DNA of 64,000 nt. It comes from Adineta vaga (Eukaryota; Animalia; Rotifera). Location: NCBI GenBank assembly GCA_021613535.1, contig CP075497.1, positions 7,874,001 to 7,938,000 of the forward strand, written 5' to 3'. The notes under the pieces were generated by a model, which saw nothing but the letters and a program-made list of their open reading frames with translations, ran no database searches and was not told where the DNA came from. This document shows, piece by piece, positions 14,591-27,558 of the stretch. How positions within the stretch are numbered: the first letter of the stretch is position 1; each line of letters opens with the position of its first letter. Both the position numbers and the translations under genes were made by a program.

Positions 14591-16805
14591 ATGTACGCAA
14601 CATACATTTCTACGATTTTTACTCTTATACTGCATATATCTAATGTTATTCATGGTACACATTTTCGTGGTTCAATGATATCTTGGCGAATCGTAAGTGA
14701 AACATCAACATCTGTTTCACTTGAAATTTTTCAACGTCATGCTTGGCGATATACTTACTATTCTCCATATTGTACCGATGCAACTATTCCAAATGGACAA
14801 CCTATTCTAGGCAATTCAGGTTATAATATTCTTTGTGTTAGTACATGTCCAGTTGGTTTAACAGTAGTTGGAAGTGTACAAGTTCCTTGTACAGGTTATA
14901 ATATTGGTGAACAATATGCAATGGGTGAAGGTCGTTTTCAAATATCAGTTCCGAAAAATGCAAATTTTGTAGCATCATTTAGTGATAAAAATTGGTTTAA
15001 TCTTGTTACAGGAAATGATTTACAATGGAGTGTTGCTGTCCGGATTCAAACCTTTAAACGTCTAGATACAGGTTATTATAATAATGCACCTGTTATTACA
15101 ATGTTACCAATCTATCGATTAAGAAATCAAATTAGTTATTCTATTAAAATCAATGTTGCTGATAATGATTTTGATCCGTATATTTGTCTATGGTCAGAAG
15201 GCTTTGATCAATGTGGTGATCTAAGCAATAGTGTACCAAATGCATTAGTTGATAATTACGCATGTTATTTGAATTTTACACCACAAATATCTGGCTTCTA
15301 TGCAGCTGCTGTAACAGTCGAAGATTTTGTTATATTACCTATAAATATTTCTTCAACTGATTATCTTTCTCAAGTACCCATTCAATTTGTATTTCATGTT
15401 TACGATTCACCACATCCATGTGTGACAGGACCTATTTATATCGGCGATCTTGTACCCGATATTTGTATCTATATATCAATCGGTGTTACTTATACAACAC
15501 GTGTTCGTTTCAAAGTTCAATGTGAAAATTCAAGCGTAGAAAGCTTTATTAGTGTTAATCCAACTGGTTTATTGACGACTGCTCTTCAACAAGATTCATT
15601 TGATCCTACAATCTATGCTTTCTTGGCTAATTTTACATCGAGTGCTGATCAAATTGGACAGAATCTATTTTGTTTTAGTGCTGTTGATTCTATTGGTAAT
15701 CAGGGGGATTCTGCTTGCTTACGTTTTACTGTTTCGTCACAAACATCTAGTCTACAACCATTGTATAGATTGAATGCTATACGATATCCAATGGGAACCG
15801 TTTTAAAGACAACATCAATTTGGACTATTCTTACCGATACACGAACGTATGAACGACCAAAAACTGAAACTTATATTCGATTTAAACGTACATCCGACGA
15901 TACTGATTATTATGTTTTAGACGCTGTTACTGCTACTAGTAATGTTTTGTATCTATCCGATCGTATTGTGATCAATTCTTCAGTTGTATGGACTCCGGGT
16001 GAACATTTCTATATTTATTTTGATCCCGGTGTATTTGCGGAAGCGAGTTCATGTTCGAAAGAAGCTATGCCAATTGGTGATCCAACGTTTTGGCCATTTG
16101 ATATACCGTACGAATCAACGACAACAACGACAAGTAATGAAATCAATTAAACTAAAGACAGTTGTTTAAAGATATTGGATTATATTTTAGCGACAACATC
16201 AACTACATCTGCATCATCAACAACTACAGCTCGAACGGTAAATAGTCTTTCAGAATACTTAATTGAATTTAAAAGATTGATGAATCAATTTGTCTATAAT
16301 CTCGTAGTTTTCAAGCTATCAATTTTTCTTCTCTTTAAAGGCTCCAACACGACGAACAATGGAAACATCAACTACAACTACATCAATCAGTACTTCGACT
16401 ACAACCACCTCTACTACATCAATTTCTACTATTAATCCGATAACAATTCTTCCACGGTCATATCAATTAACGACTAGTGCTGTTGTTGGGATTATCCTTG
16501 GAAGTCTTGTCATCGCTGTTTGTTTAACATGGATTATCTATTCGCTTATTCGTATTGCTTTAATTCGTTTTCTTCTTCTCAATTGGGGTCTTAACGAACA
16601 ATTTTTTAGTATTCGTTCACCACCATCATCATCATGGACATCGACATTGGATCATTTTTATGATCAAAGAAAACATGTAGATTCAACATCAAAAGTTCAA
16701 TATAAATTAACTACACGTCGTCATCAACGGCAAAGTTCACGAAAATATTCAATTTTCAATAATGAAAATGCTACACGAGAAAACTTGGTACAAATTGACA
16801 TCTGA
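14591..16805 (+). CDS. Type I membrane/secreted protein with 'HFRGSMISW' N-terminal motif, Cys/Ig-like domains, S/T mucin stalk and TM (integrin-beta-like/Sib-like adhesin family)
   Basis: 519-aa exon with a signal peptide, 'THFRGSMISWR', 'NNAPVITMLP' and 'NVADNDFDPYICLWS..CG'. Short downstream exons (about 16191-16237 and 16341-16805) give a T-rich stalk, the TM 'AVVGIILGSLVIAVCLTWIIYSLI' and a cytoplasmic tail. Confidence 0.7.
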
Positions 16806-18226
16806 CAACAAATTTTAATGCTGCTTAATTTGTCTAGTAATAGAAATAAATCGTTTCGTCTTATATACTTTAAAAAATATCGAAACATTTGTCCAAACTT
16901 AACCATACTTCACATTTTTTTGCTTTTTCTATAGTATTATTTCTATTTGTCTCACGTTTTCATTTTCTCAATGTATTCGATTCAGGTATATTTATTTTCA
17001 AGTGACTATGTATTCAAGACTATTACGACTGAAGAATTCAATTTACATCATACGTAATCCATAAAATTCAATCTCACTAGAAATTTGATATGCAGACCAG
17101 TATAGTTCTGTCGATATCTTTTTTTACATGAATTCGATCTACTTCATCAGAATTTCCGTTTCTAATCATTGATAGATTGAAAATAAAATGATCAATTCAT
17201 TTTAAAGTTCTACTCATTAAGTTTATTTTGTTAAAACAACAAACAGTAGAGAAATCAAAACAAACGTAATCACATACAAATGAGAAATAGATACATCTAA
17301 TTTAATTTTGATCATTTCAAGGTTGGAAAGACAAACATAATCAAGTACAATGACAAATAGCAGCACAAAATGCATTGAATTCTGGAAGGATTATTTTAAA
17401 TAAGGCGATCGAAAAAAAAAGAACAGAACAAAAGAAACAGAATATCTACATGAACACGCATCAATGATTTCACATAACTGTAGTAAGAGATGACTAAGAA
17501 AGAAAAGAAGAAAAAAGATGATTAATGCGTCAAACTCGATATCTCGTTTAAACAAGCACCCAATATACAGAAGAAGAAGAAGAAGAGAACAAGTAAAAGG
17601 ACAAGCACACACCGGAACAGAAGAGAGAGAGAGAGAAAGAAAGAAATATCTGAGTTGTAATTTCAAACAAGAAACAAAAAATGAGCATTCAAAACCAAGC
17701 GAGAAGAAATATGAAATGTTTGCATTAGGTTGTCTTAATTATCTATTCACTGTTTTGGCATCAGAAGAGAGAGAGAGAAACATCTTTTCGATCGGTGATG
17801 GTCAAGAAGTTTAAACGCAAACACCACCGGAGATGGTCAATAAAAAGCAAAGGACTAGCACACAAGGATAGAATACTTCGTAGAATTTCTTTGTTCATCT
17901 AATCACTAAAGATTTTTTGGTTAATGAGATCCATTCATTTGTAACCATCGAAACTTCACTGTTGAATTATTGCTTAGAGGGAAATAAGAGTAGATCATCC
18001 GACATGTATGCACAATTTTAAATGTTAGATAGAAGGAACTTAAAAGATTTAGTAAAGGACGGAGAATATGTTTCGAACGGAAGAAAAGTTGTTATTGCAA
18101 ACATTCATGGCTCACTACTATTAGAAAGAAGAATCAATCACAGGAAATTTAGAACAGGATGTTTAAGGAGAATAGAAGAGAAAACAAAGGATGGGATATG
18201 ATATGATTGACTGACTTGATTTCTTT

Positions 18227-18835
18227 TTATTGCCATGGGATTGCTTGTTGCGAGTAATTTGTCCAGATATTATTATCAAACGATATTTTTGATTGAAATG
18301 GATTATATTCAATATCTTGATCATAGATTGATGAGAAGTGAGTTTTGTCTGGAATGTTATTAGGATTTGGTCGAGTGATTGGTGAACGTTGACCAATAAC
18401 TTTACGTGTTGTATTACCATTTAATTGCATAGTTGACGATGGTGGTGGAACTTGTTGCTGTTGTTGTTGTTGTTGTTGAGGGGCGATTTTCATAGCATTA
18501 AGTTGTTCAACAAGTTGAATTGGTTTAATAGTTAATTCAGAAATACGGTCGAGATTCCACCAGAAATCTTTACTTAAACGTGTTATCCAAGCACTATCAT
18601 CACGTAATAGATATCGATCTAAAACACGACGAATTCTATCGATTTTTAAAATACTGAAAATATCTTTTCTATCATACCAGCATTTTCAAATACACTCCAA
18701 TCAATATCAGAATGATTCAATGAATGAGGAAAATCTGTTAAAGTATTACCAAAACCTATTAATACCAATAAAATATTCCAATTAATCTTAAATCTAGTTT
18801 TACATACCAGACGATTGATCCATAGTCATCATCAT
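18227..18835 (-). CDS. Small hypothetical protein with poly-Q tract (3 coding exons; probable 5' UTR exon at about 19071-19140)
   Basis: Phase-1 GT-AG introns join MMMTMDQSSG / FGNTLTDFPHSLNHSDIDWSVFENA / DRYLLRDDSAWITRLSKDFWWNLDR...MKIAPQQQ...IPWQ*. An upstream GTAAG donor lies at about 19070. Confidence 0.6.
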
Positions 18836-19188
18836 TGCTGAATTCAATTGGAAAAAAAAGAAACTTTTCCTGATAAATATATAAGAATAAATGAGACAAT
18901 AATCTAGAAAAGAAAAATCACATGAAGTAAATTGTACGATAGAAAATTTTGTTCTCTTTTCTCTGAATGCATATATATATATATATGTATCGGCCATTTT
19001 ACCCGTCTATCAAATAAATGGACGAGTAAGCGAAGAAAGAAAAAGCTAACCGCAGTAAGGGTTCAACTTACCGGACTGATACTTGAACTGATGGAGCAAG
19101 TGTGAGTGCGCACAAACATTGGTGGTCTCTTTTCTTTCACTTAAAGTGAAGAGAAAAATATGCATAAACATACGTACATACACGCATA

Positions 19189-19590
19189 CCCAGGTCAAAA
19201 CGTGTCCATCGGATCCTGCCGGACACCTTTCAAATCCGTTGTCAAACGGATGATCGGATCCGGTCGGCCACTTGTCAACGGATTCCGATGCAATCCATCA
19301 ACTTCCCTTGGTATCCGCTTATCGGATCCGACACTTTCCGACAAGATACATAAATTCGGAACCGATCAGATCCGATTCCCATATTCGACTGTTTCTGATC
19401 AGATCCGATGTAATCCGGTGTCAAGAAATTATCGGAATTTACAGTTTCACATGACACCGAATTCCGAGAAAATCCGTTCAGTTACTGCTATCAGAACTTG
19501 TCGGATTCTACAGGAACACAGGAGTTCCTTCGATCGGATTTTAACGCTGTCCGACAATATAGATCCGACAAGAACTTATCACAGGTAAAT
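19189..19590. repeat. Left-end subterminal repeats (ATCCG/CGGAT, TTCCG/CGGAA, both orientations), outer copy
   Basis: Many ATCGGATCC, GGATTCCGA and AGATCCGA motifs in a GC-richer 400-bp block next to the TIR. This is typical CACTA subterminal architecture. Confidence 0.85.
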
Positions 19591-21044
19591 GTTGGAAACA
19601 ATCGGAAAGTTACAGACGTCATTTAGCATAATGGTTAAACCTTAGTGAAATAAATAATAATGCCTAATTACATTTGCAACTTAATACGATATGGTTTGTC
19701 AAGCGAAATCGAACTTGATAGTGATTATGGTTATATGTATGCCAAATACAAGAATAATTCTGAAATGTTGGTAATTACAAGTAGTCATCATATACCGAGA
19801 AAAGAATTGCTTGAGTGTTAAACAATATATCAGAGGGATGGCAGGTTGTTTTTGGTATTGATTATACTATTATACGTTGACGCAGAAGAAGAAAATAATT
19901 TCTGGAAGAGAAATTATTAGAAATGATTTCAGATTGTGATTTTTCACTTTTAAAAAGAGATAGAAAACCAATGATTAAAAACAGCTGAAATTGGATAGAA
20001 ACTACGAAAAGGTATCCGAAATCGTGATAAAATCAGTAATATTCAAGTTGTAATTAAATCTTGATATCTAGGGATATCTAATGAATCTTATAAAATTTTG
20101 AATTTTTGAAAATCCAATATTCTAGTATTTACTTTGGATTCTTCAGGATATCTTATCTTTCTTATTAAATGCTAGTGCTGTTTAACCGTCTGTATTGAGT
20201 TTTGATCAACACAATATAACCTAATCTCTATTAGTGGAGATCGATTGAAATTCGTATCACCTCAGTTACTATGCTTTAACATAGTGGTCATACAGAAAGG
20301 ATAAACAAAGATTATTTATTTATAACTTATTATTGAGAGTGGATCTTGATTGAATATTATTGATAATCGTCGAATATTGAGTAAAATCTAATACAAACAA
20401 CGTGAACTCTCTCTGTGATCTTAAGCTATTGGACAGATATCAGACTATAACGATATTTTTTTGAATTAACTACAGATAGTTCCAAATAAATCTTTGATCA
20501 TATAGTCGATTCTAAAGTAATTTTTTCGTAAAAACTACTTGTAAACGACTATGATGAATGGTGCATTGATCTTTGCTTAAAGAAAATCTAATCAATATCT
20601 ATATTGGTCACATTTCAGTAAATATCTGACTTTATTTTTGCTGGTTATAATGTCCATGGTATAAATTTTGTATATTATTCATTTAATATTATGTAATGGA
20701 TCACAATCAACTGTATTTTGTCATTAAATTCTGAGAAGATGTCTGTTAAAAAGTCAATATTAAAAAATCATGTTCCGAACAGCTATATTGCAAGTTAGCT
20801 GCTTTTATCTGGTGACATCTATACATCGTATATTCATTGTAAGATGTACTTTCTATAAAATTTGAATATCTTGCTTATGTTTCTATAATAATAACAAGAT
20901 ATAGATCCCTATTACAATGTTAAATGCTTTCTTTTGATTTTCATTTATTTTAGATATCTGAATGTAAACATATTACTAGTGAAAGAAATAGTTTTAACGT
21001 TTCAATTTTTGTTTTTATTCAAAGATTTTATCATTAGGTTGAAT

Positions 21045-24000
21045 ATGGATTTTGATCTTGGGCAACAACTTGAATTTGTCGAAAAAAGAAACTTTAAAAG
21101 ATCAATGGAATATTATGAAAAAAAGAAAAAAAAACGAAAATTTTATTGTGAAGAAGTACCAAATGAAAATGAATCATCTGATGCTATTTCTTTACTTCCA
21201 TCTCAAATTGATTTTACATCAAAACTCACACTAAATGACGAAAACAATAGTTTCTTGGAAAGACAGATGAACGACAATAGTTTGAAATATCAAGAGAATT
21301 TTGACAATAAAAATCGTTTAGAAGTTATCGAGATAGATAATAATCCGATTATTCATGATTCATTAAGTATTAATAGTTCATTATGGTTTGATGAATTTGA
21401 GATTACTCCTGAAAATTTATTACATTATTACACAAGCGTTTCGACCAAAGAATTTTGTTTGAAATTACTGATTTTCTTAAGAAATTCTCACACATGTAAG
21501 TTGCAAGCAAATCATTTATTATCATTTATTAGTTCAATACTTCCATCGCCAAATAATGTACCGAAGAAAATGGAAAATCTTTTACAACAATTAGAAATAG
21601 AAAGCAATACTTTCAAGAAACGTATGTTATGTACAAAATGTAATAGTTATGTACCACTTACGACAAGATCTTGTTTGAAATGTTCATCGAATGATTTTAG
21701 AAATTTTGCTTTCATATATGATATAGATATTGAAGAATATATCAAGAATATTTATATACGATTGAAAGTTGAAATCGATGAATATCGAAATCAACTTCGT
21801 TTGATGAATGATACAGATGGAAGTAATGATATAGGATTTAATTATCTTTATCAAGAATTACTGAAATATAATGTACATGATAATTTTATTACATTTTTGC
21901 TACATCTTGATGGTATTAGTTTATCCAAATCATCAAATATGAAGATGTGGTTGTTTTCCGGTTCAATAATCGAATTAAAGCCTCAATTACGTAGTCGTCG
22001 TTATAACAATGTTCTTTTCTCTTTTTGGTTTAGCTATAAAGAACCTGATGCGAAAATTTGGTTACGAAATTGTATGAACGTGATCAAAGTCATAAAAACG
22101 AAAGGTTAGATATGATTAAAATAGATCTTTTCCTATTCAGTTGGATTAGTGAGTTTTTTTGATAAAAGAAGTAAGGAAAAATGTTTTTTATGTAATTCAG
22201 AATTTTAACCATCGATTAATATCTAACAATACGTCTTACCAATGAAAACAATCTATTTCTCGTTTTGTTTTTCAACATATGTATGTATTGATCGTAAAAA
22301 CTATCGAGTACATCAGGAAGAAGAGAAAGAATGTTTAATCTATGATGAACAATATGATTTATATTAGAAAAATATAAACTTTTGCCGTTATTAAGACAGG
22401 AAAGTTGATTATCTTATGCTAACAGAATTATGAAAATAAAAATTATAAATCAATATAGAACAGTTAATATAATTTCAGATGAGTACTGAGTTCTGATTTT
22501 TCGAAAGAATCTTTTTATCTGTAGTTATTTTCGTACATGTTTATATTATATTAGTTTATTCTCTACCAAATACAATTAAATTCAGCTTATTTTTTATATT
22601 AACGCAATTATCATCAGTTTCGATAAGATAGAACGAATAGTGTATATATTTTATTTGTTTTAGGAATAATAATCAATGAAACACAGCGTATTAATATAAA
22701 ATTCCTATCAATCACTGGTGATTCACCAGCATTAAGTAAAATTCTTGAATTTAATGGACACGGTGGCTATTACTGTTGTAATTTTTGCTATACGCGTGGT
22801 GTCAATGTTGAAAAGAAAAGACAATACTTTTACGAAAAAAAAGTACTTCTTCGTTTTCCCGAAAAATATTACAAACAGTCAGAACAAGCTGAAAGATTAA
22901 AAGAAAAAGTTTGTGGACATAAAGGTGAATTATTGTTACAATACTTTTAAAATAATGTACTTACCGAGATATTCTTTGTAGCATATGATTCTCATAAGTT
23001 TATAAAAATATTTGAATAAAGAAATAAATTGTTATGTAAAAATACAAAGATTTCCAATGTAATTACATATTATTTCTGTAGAATTTGCTTAAGTAGATTA
23101 GAATTACAACAGCTTTTAACAATAATTTTTAAACTAATAAATATTAAAAATATTCAAAGAAGATTTTTCAAGAAAGATAGATTCAACTTTTCTATTTAAA
23201 TCATACAATATTTGTAATTTTAGGTATTTCGATTCTACAAGATATACTTGATGCTCCATTACCACATGCCATTTTAATCGATTACCAACATGTGACTTTG
23301 TTACGTCATGCGAAAACTGTTTTCGCTGAACTTTATAAACAATTTAAACCAAAAGAACGTGAACGATTCGATAACAGATTGAAGTATCAAGTATTTCCAC
23401 ATTTTTTTCATCGAAAGATGAAACCTTTCAAGGAGTTTTCATTCATAAAAGCAGTAGAATTACGAAATATTCTGTTTTATGGATTTTTACCATTATCGTT
23501 AGAGTTTATTAATATTCGACAACTATCTCATTTCGCTCTGTTTATTTGTTCGATCAGATTGTATCATTCACAGCCTTCTGTGTTTGGTGATGCAACACAA
23601 GGAATTGCTAGTAAATTATTCAATAAATATTACGAGGACCACAAAATATTTTATGAAAATATTCAAAATTACGTTTTACATATGCATCGCCATTTCGATA
23701 CACAATATCTAAATTATGGTTCTTTGGGAAATATTGGATGTTTCCATCAAGAAGATCTTATTGGTCACATAAGCAAAAACGTACATGGCTCCACCTATTA
23801 TTCTGATTTGATAGTACATTACTATAATATAGATTTTCATTTACACTCACATACTTTTCATACACAACTTGAAACAATTTCAAAACCAACAGACGTTAAA
23901 GTTGATATCAATCTTCATGATTATCCTATTATCATACAGTATCATGACAAATTATGCACGTGTTCAAATCGTCTAAATTGCATTTCGATTTATAGGCGAT

Positions 24001-24293
24001 GTCTTATACGTAATCATATGTTTCATTCGTTAATTTATAACAAAAGAGGAAAATCCAATAGTTATTTCATATCTTATTATGAATCATCAAATGATACTAA
24101 ATATTTTGGAAAAATTATATTATTTTTCTCATTTCTTACCACGAATTATGCTGTTATTCAACGTCATATTCAAAATAACAACTTCAGCTGTTTTTTCAAA
24201 TCATCATCATATTTTTCTTTACTAGAAAAACCATTAGATAGTTTCTTTAGTCTTTTATCCAAACAACCCCAGGTGATTCGATCCGACCGGTAG
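21045..24293 (+). pseudogene. Transposase of the outer copy, 3'-truncated by the inner insertion (exons 21045-22104, 22664-22924, 23224-24293)
   Basis: Same sequence as the inner transposase up to ...LSKQP. The last 37 aa are replaced by QVIRSDR* read from the inner right end. The displaced 3' tail lies at 37894-38009. Confidence 0.85.
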
Positions 24294-24530
24294 ATCCGAC
24301 AGGATCTTATCAGATCCGACATCGGATTGCATCGGAATCAGTCGGATTACCATACAAATCCGACCGGAACCCAACCGACTTACACCGGAATCCTAACCAA
24401 CGGATTCCGACGCGGATTGCACCGGACGGAATCCGACAGGAACTCCTCATAGAACAATGTCAGATTTCATCAGAATCCCGACTACGGAAAACACTGGATA
24501 TTGCCAGTATCCGACCGCTTCTTATCGGAA
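24268..24530. repeat. Right-end subterminal repeats (ATCCGA/TCGGAT), inner copy
   Basis: GATCCGAC, TCGGATT and CGGAATCC motifs clustered next to the TIR. Same motif family as the left end. Confidence 0.85.
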
Positions 24531-24568
24531 AAAGAGAAGCAAATCCAGCAATCAGCAACTTCCCCCGA

Positions 24569-26120
24569 GATTACACCTAGATTACACCAGATTACACCCA
24601 GATTACACTAGATTACACCTAGATTGCGGCATATTTTTCACGATTCCACCTATATTACACCTAGATTACACCAAACTACACCTAGATTACACGAGATGAC
24701 ACCCAGATTACACGAGATTACACCCAGATTACACGAGATTACACCTAGATTACACCAAATTACACCTAGATTGCGGCATATTTTTCACGATTCCACCTAT
24801 ATTACACCTAGATTTCACCTAGATTACACCAGATTACACCTAGATTGCGGCATATTTTTCACGATTCCAACTATATTACACCTAGATTACACCAAATTAC
24901 ACCTAGATTACACCTAGATTACACGAGATGACACCCAGATTACACGAGATTACACCCAGATTACACGAGATTACACCTAGATTACACCAAATTACACCTA
25001 GATTGCGGCATATTTTTCACGATTCCACCTATATTACACCTAGATTTCACCTAGATTACACCAGATTACACCTAGATTGCCGCATATTTTTCACGATTTC
25101 ACCTATATTACACCTATATTACACCAGATTACACCCAGATTACACCTAGATTGCGGCATATTTTTCACGATTCCAACTATATTACACCTAGATTACACCA
25201 AATTACACCTAGATTACACCTAGATTACACGAGATGACACCCAGATTACACGAGATTACACCCAGATTACACCAAATTACACCTAGATTGCGGCATATTT
25301 TTCACGATTCCACCTATATTACACCTAGATTTCACCTAGATTACACCAGATTACACCTAGATTGCGGCATATTTTTCACGATTCCAACTATATTACACCT
25401 AGATTACACCAAATTACACCTAGATTACACCTAGATTACACGAGATGACACCCAGATTACACGAGATTACACCCAGATTACACGAGATTACACCTAGATT
25501 ACACCAGATTACACCTAGATTACACGAGATTCCACCCGGATTACACCAGATTACACCCAGATTACACTAGATTACACCTAGATTGCGGCATATTTTTCAC
25601 GATTCCAACTATATTACACCTAGATTACACCAAACTACACCTAGATTACACGAGATGACACCCAGATTACACGAGATTACACCCAGATTACACGAGATTA
25701 CACCTAGATTACACCAAATTACACCTAGATTGCGGCATATTTTTCACGATTCCACCTATATTACACCTAGATTTCACCTAGATTACACCAGATTACACCT
25801 AGATTGCCGCATATTTTTCACGATTTCACCTATATTACACCTATATTACACCAGATTACACCCAGATTACACTAGATTACACCTAGATTGCGGCATATTT
25901 TTCACGATTCCACCTATATTACACCTAGATTACACGAGATTACACCAGATTACACCTAGATTACACGAGATTCCACCCGGATAACACCAGATTACACCTA
26001 GATTACACCAAATTACACCTAGATTGCGGCATATTTTTCACGATTCCACCTATATTACACCTAGATTACACGAGATTACACCAGATTACACCTATATTAC
26101 CTCAGATTACGCCTTGATTA
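24569..26120 (+). repeat. GATTACACC(T/C)A 9-10-bp satellite with higher-order structure, inner copy
   Basis: Tandem GATTACACCTA/GATTACACCCA/GATTACACGA variants are interrupted 13 times by TTGCGGCATATTTTTCACGATTCC(A)..TAT. The interruptions start at about 24624, 24771, 24845, 25003, 25077, 25151, 25288, 25362, 25583, 25730, 25804, 25888 and 26024. Confidence 0.95.
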
Positions 26121-26145
26121 TAGTATATTTTTCAAGATTAACCCT

Positions 26146-26663
26146 GATTACGCGCAAGAAATGTAATCTGTAATCTAGATTACGGCGAAGTGAAATGATG
26201 CTGGAAAAGTGAGCGGTATATATAGGCGCTGAGGTGTAATCTAGATTACGCGCAAGAAATGTAATCTGTAATCTAGATTGCGACGAAGCGAAATGATGCT
26301 GGAAAAGTGAGCGGTATATATAGGCGCTGAGGTGTAATCTAGATTACGCGCAAGAAATGTAATCTGTAATCTAGATTGCGACGAAGCGAAATGATGCTGC
26401 AAAAGTGAGTGGTATATATAGGCGCTGAGGTGTAATCTAGATTACGCGCAATAAATGTAATCTGTAATCTAGATTGCGACGAAGTGAAATGATGCTGGAA
26501 AAGTGAGCGGTATATATAGGCGCTGAGGTGTAATCTAGATTACGCGCAATAAATGTAATCTGTAATCTAGATTACGGCGAAGTGAAATGATGCTGGAAAA
26601 GTGAGCGGTATATATAGGCGCTGAGGTGTAATCTGGATTACGCGCAATAAATGTAATCTGTAA
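26146..26663 (+). repeat. 98-bp minisatellite, about 5.3 copies, inner copy
   Basis: Unit starts at 26146, 26244, 26342, 26440, 26538 and 26636. Each unit has GTAATCTAGATT(A/G)C (near-)palindromes and GGTATATATAGGCG. Confidence 0.95.
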
Positions 26664-27558
26664 CCGAGAATATTGTTATCACGGTAGGTCGCACAAAAAA
26701 AACCTTTTCGGAGACGATACGTCGTAATCGTTGTAGCAGATGTTAATCTGAGAAGTTTTGTATGTCGTGTGTTTCTATGATTGCTTTGATTTAGTGAAAG
26801 ATGGAGAAGGGCAACATGAAATATGTTCATATAGGTACAGGATATGTGATTTAGTTTACGTTGAAATTTAATCGTGCCATGTAGAATATCGGGATTAACA
26901 GGAACGAACGTTTGTAGTCAGTAATACATGGTGAAAGATATGGGTATATTTGAGTGAATGAGAACACAAATGGTAGGATTATTCTGCTTTAATCGTCAAA
27001 GTATGACGAAAGAGGCTGGTACTTATTTCTTCAATGAGTTGACTATGTAATGGTATAGGTGGTTGGATGCAAACTGAAAAGTAATCGTTTCATCGAAAAG
27101 AATGAACTGAATGTAATCAATGCAATACGTATCAGTTCTTAGTGTAGTTGACTTGTTTAGTTTTGTAGTATTAAGTTAGAATTTTGTTTTTTAAATGATA
27201 GTAGGGCTTTCTGTTCTGTAAGGAGATTTAAGAAAGTTTACGAAATGTATGCATTGTAATAGACGGTCGTGATGGTGAAACTCCGCGAGGTAACGACATC
27301 TGTTGCTCCTTTATATGTACATGTATGGTATTCTTTTTTAAATTAATAAATTTCTGCAAAATTAATATTCGACTGATTCGATTTCTATTTGAATGTTCTT
27401 GAACGATTACAGTGAATTAGGAACAAAAACCTCTATTGAACTGCAAAGTCTTCATTGGTTTGTTATTCCAGATGAATAAATACACCTGGATCGCAATACA
27501 TCTTCGATTGTTTCTTTAGTTGCTGTATTTTAAAATTTTTATTTTATTTTGGTCGATA

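Noticed and set aside
19160-19588. 142-aa ORF (also 37492-37896 and 46124-46486)
   Set aside because: These run across the TIR/host junction through GC-richer subterminal repeats and start in different flanking sequences in each copy, so they are chance open frames.
24457-25984. ORFs with TPRLHEI/LHLDYTR repeats (and mirrors at 44720-46247)
   Set aside because: These are translations of the satellite that shift frame with the 9/10-bp units, so they are not credible proteins.
24569-26663. CRISPR-like repeat/spacer appearance
   Set aside because: The intervening sequences are themselves GATTACA repeats, not unique spacers. There are no cas genes and the context is eukaryotic.
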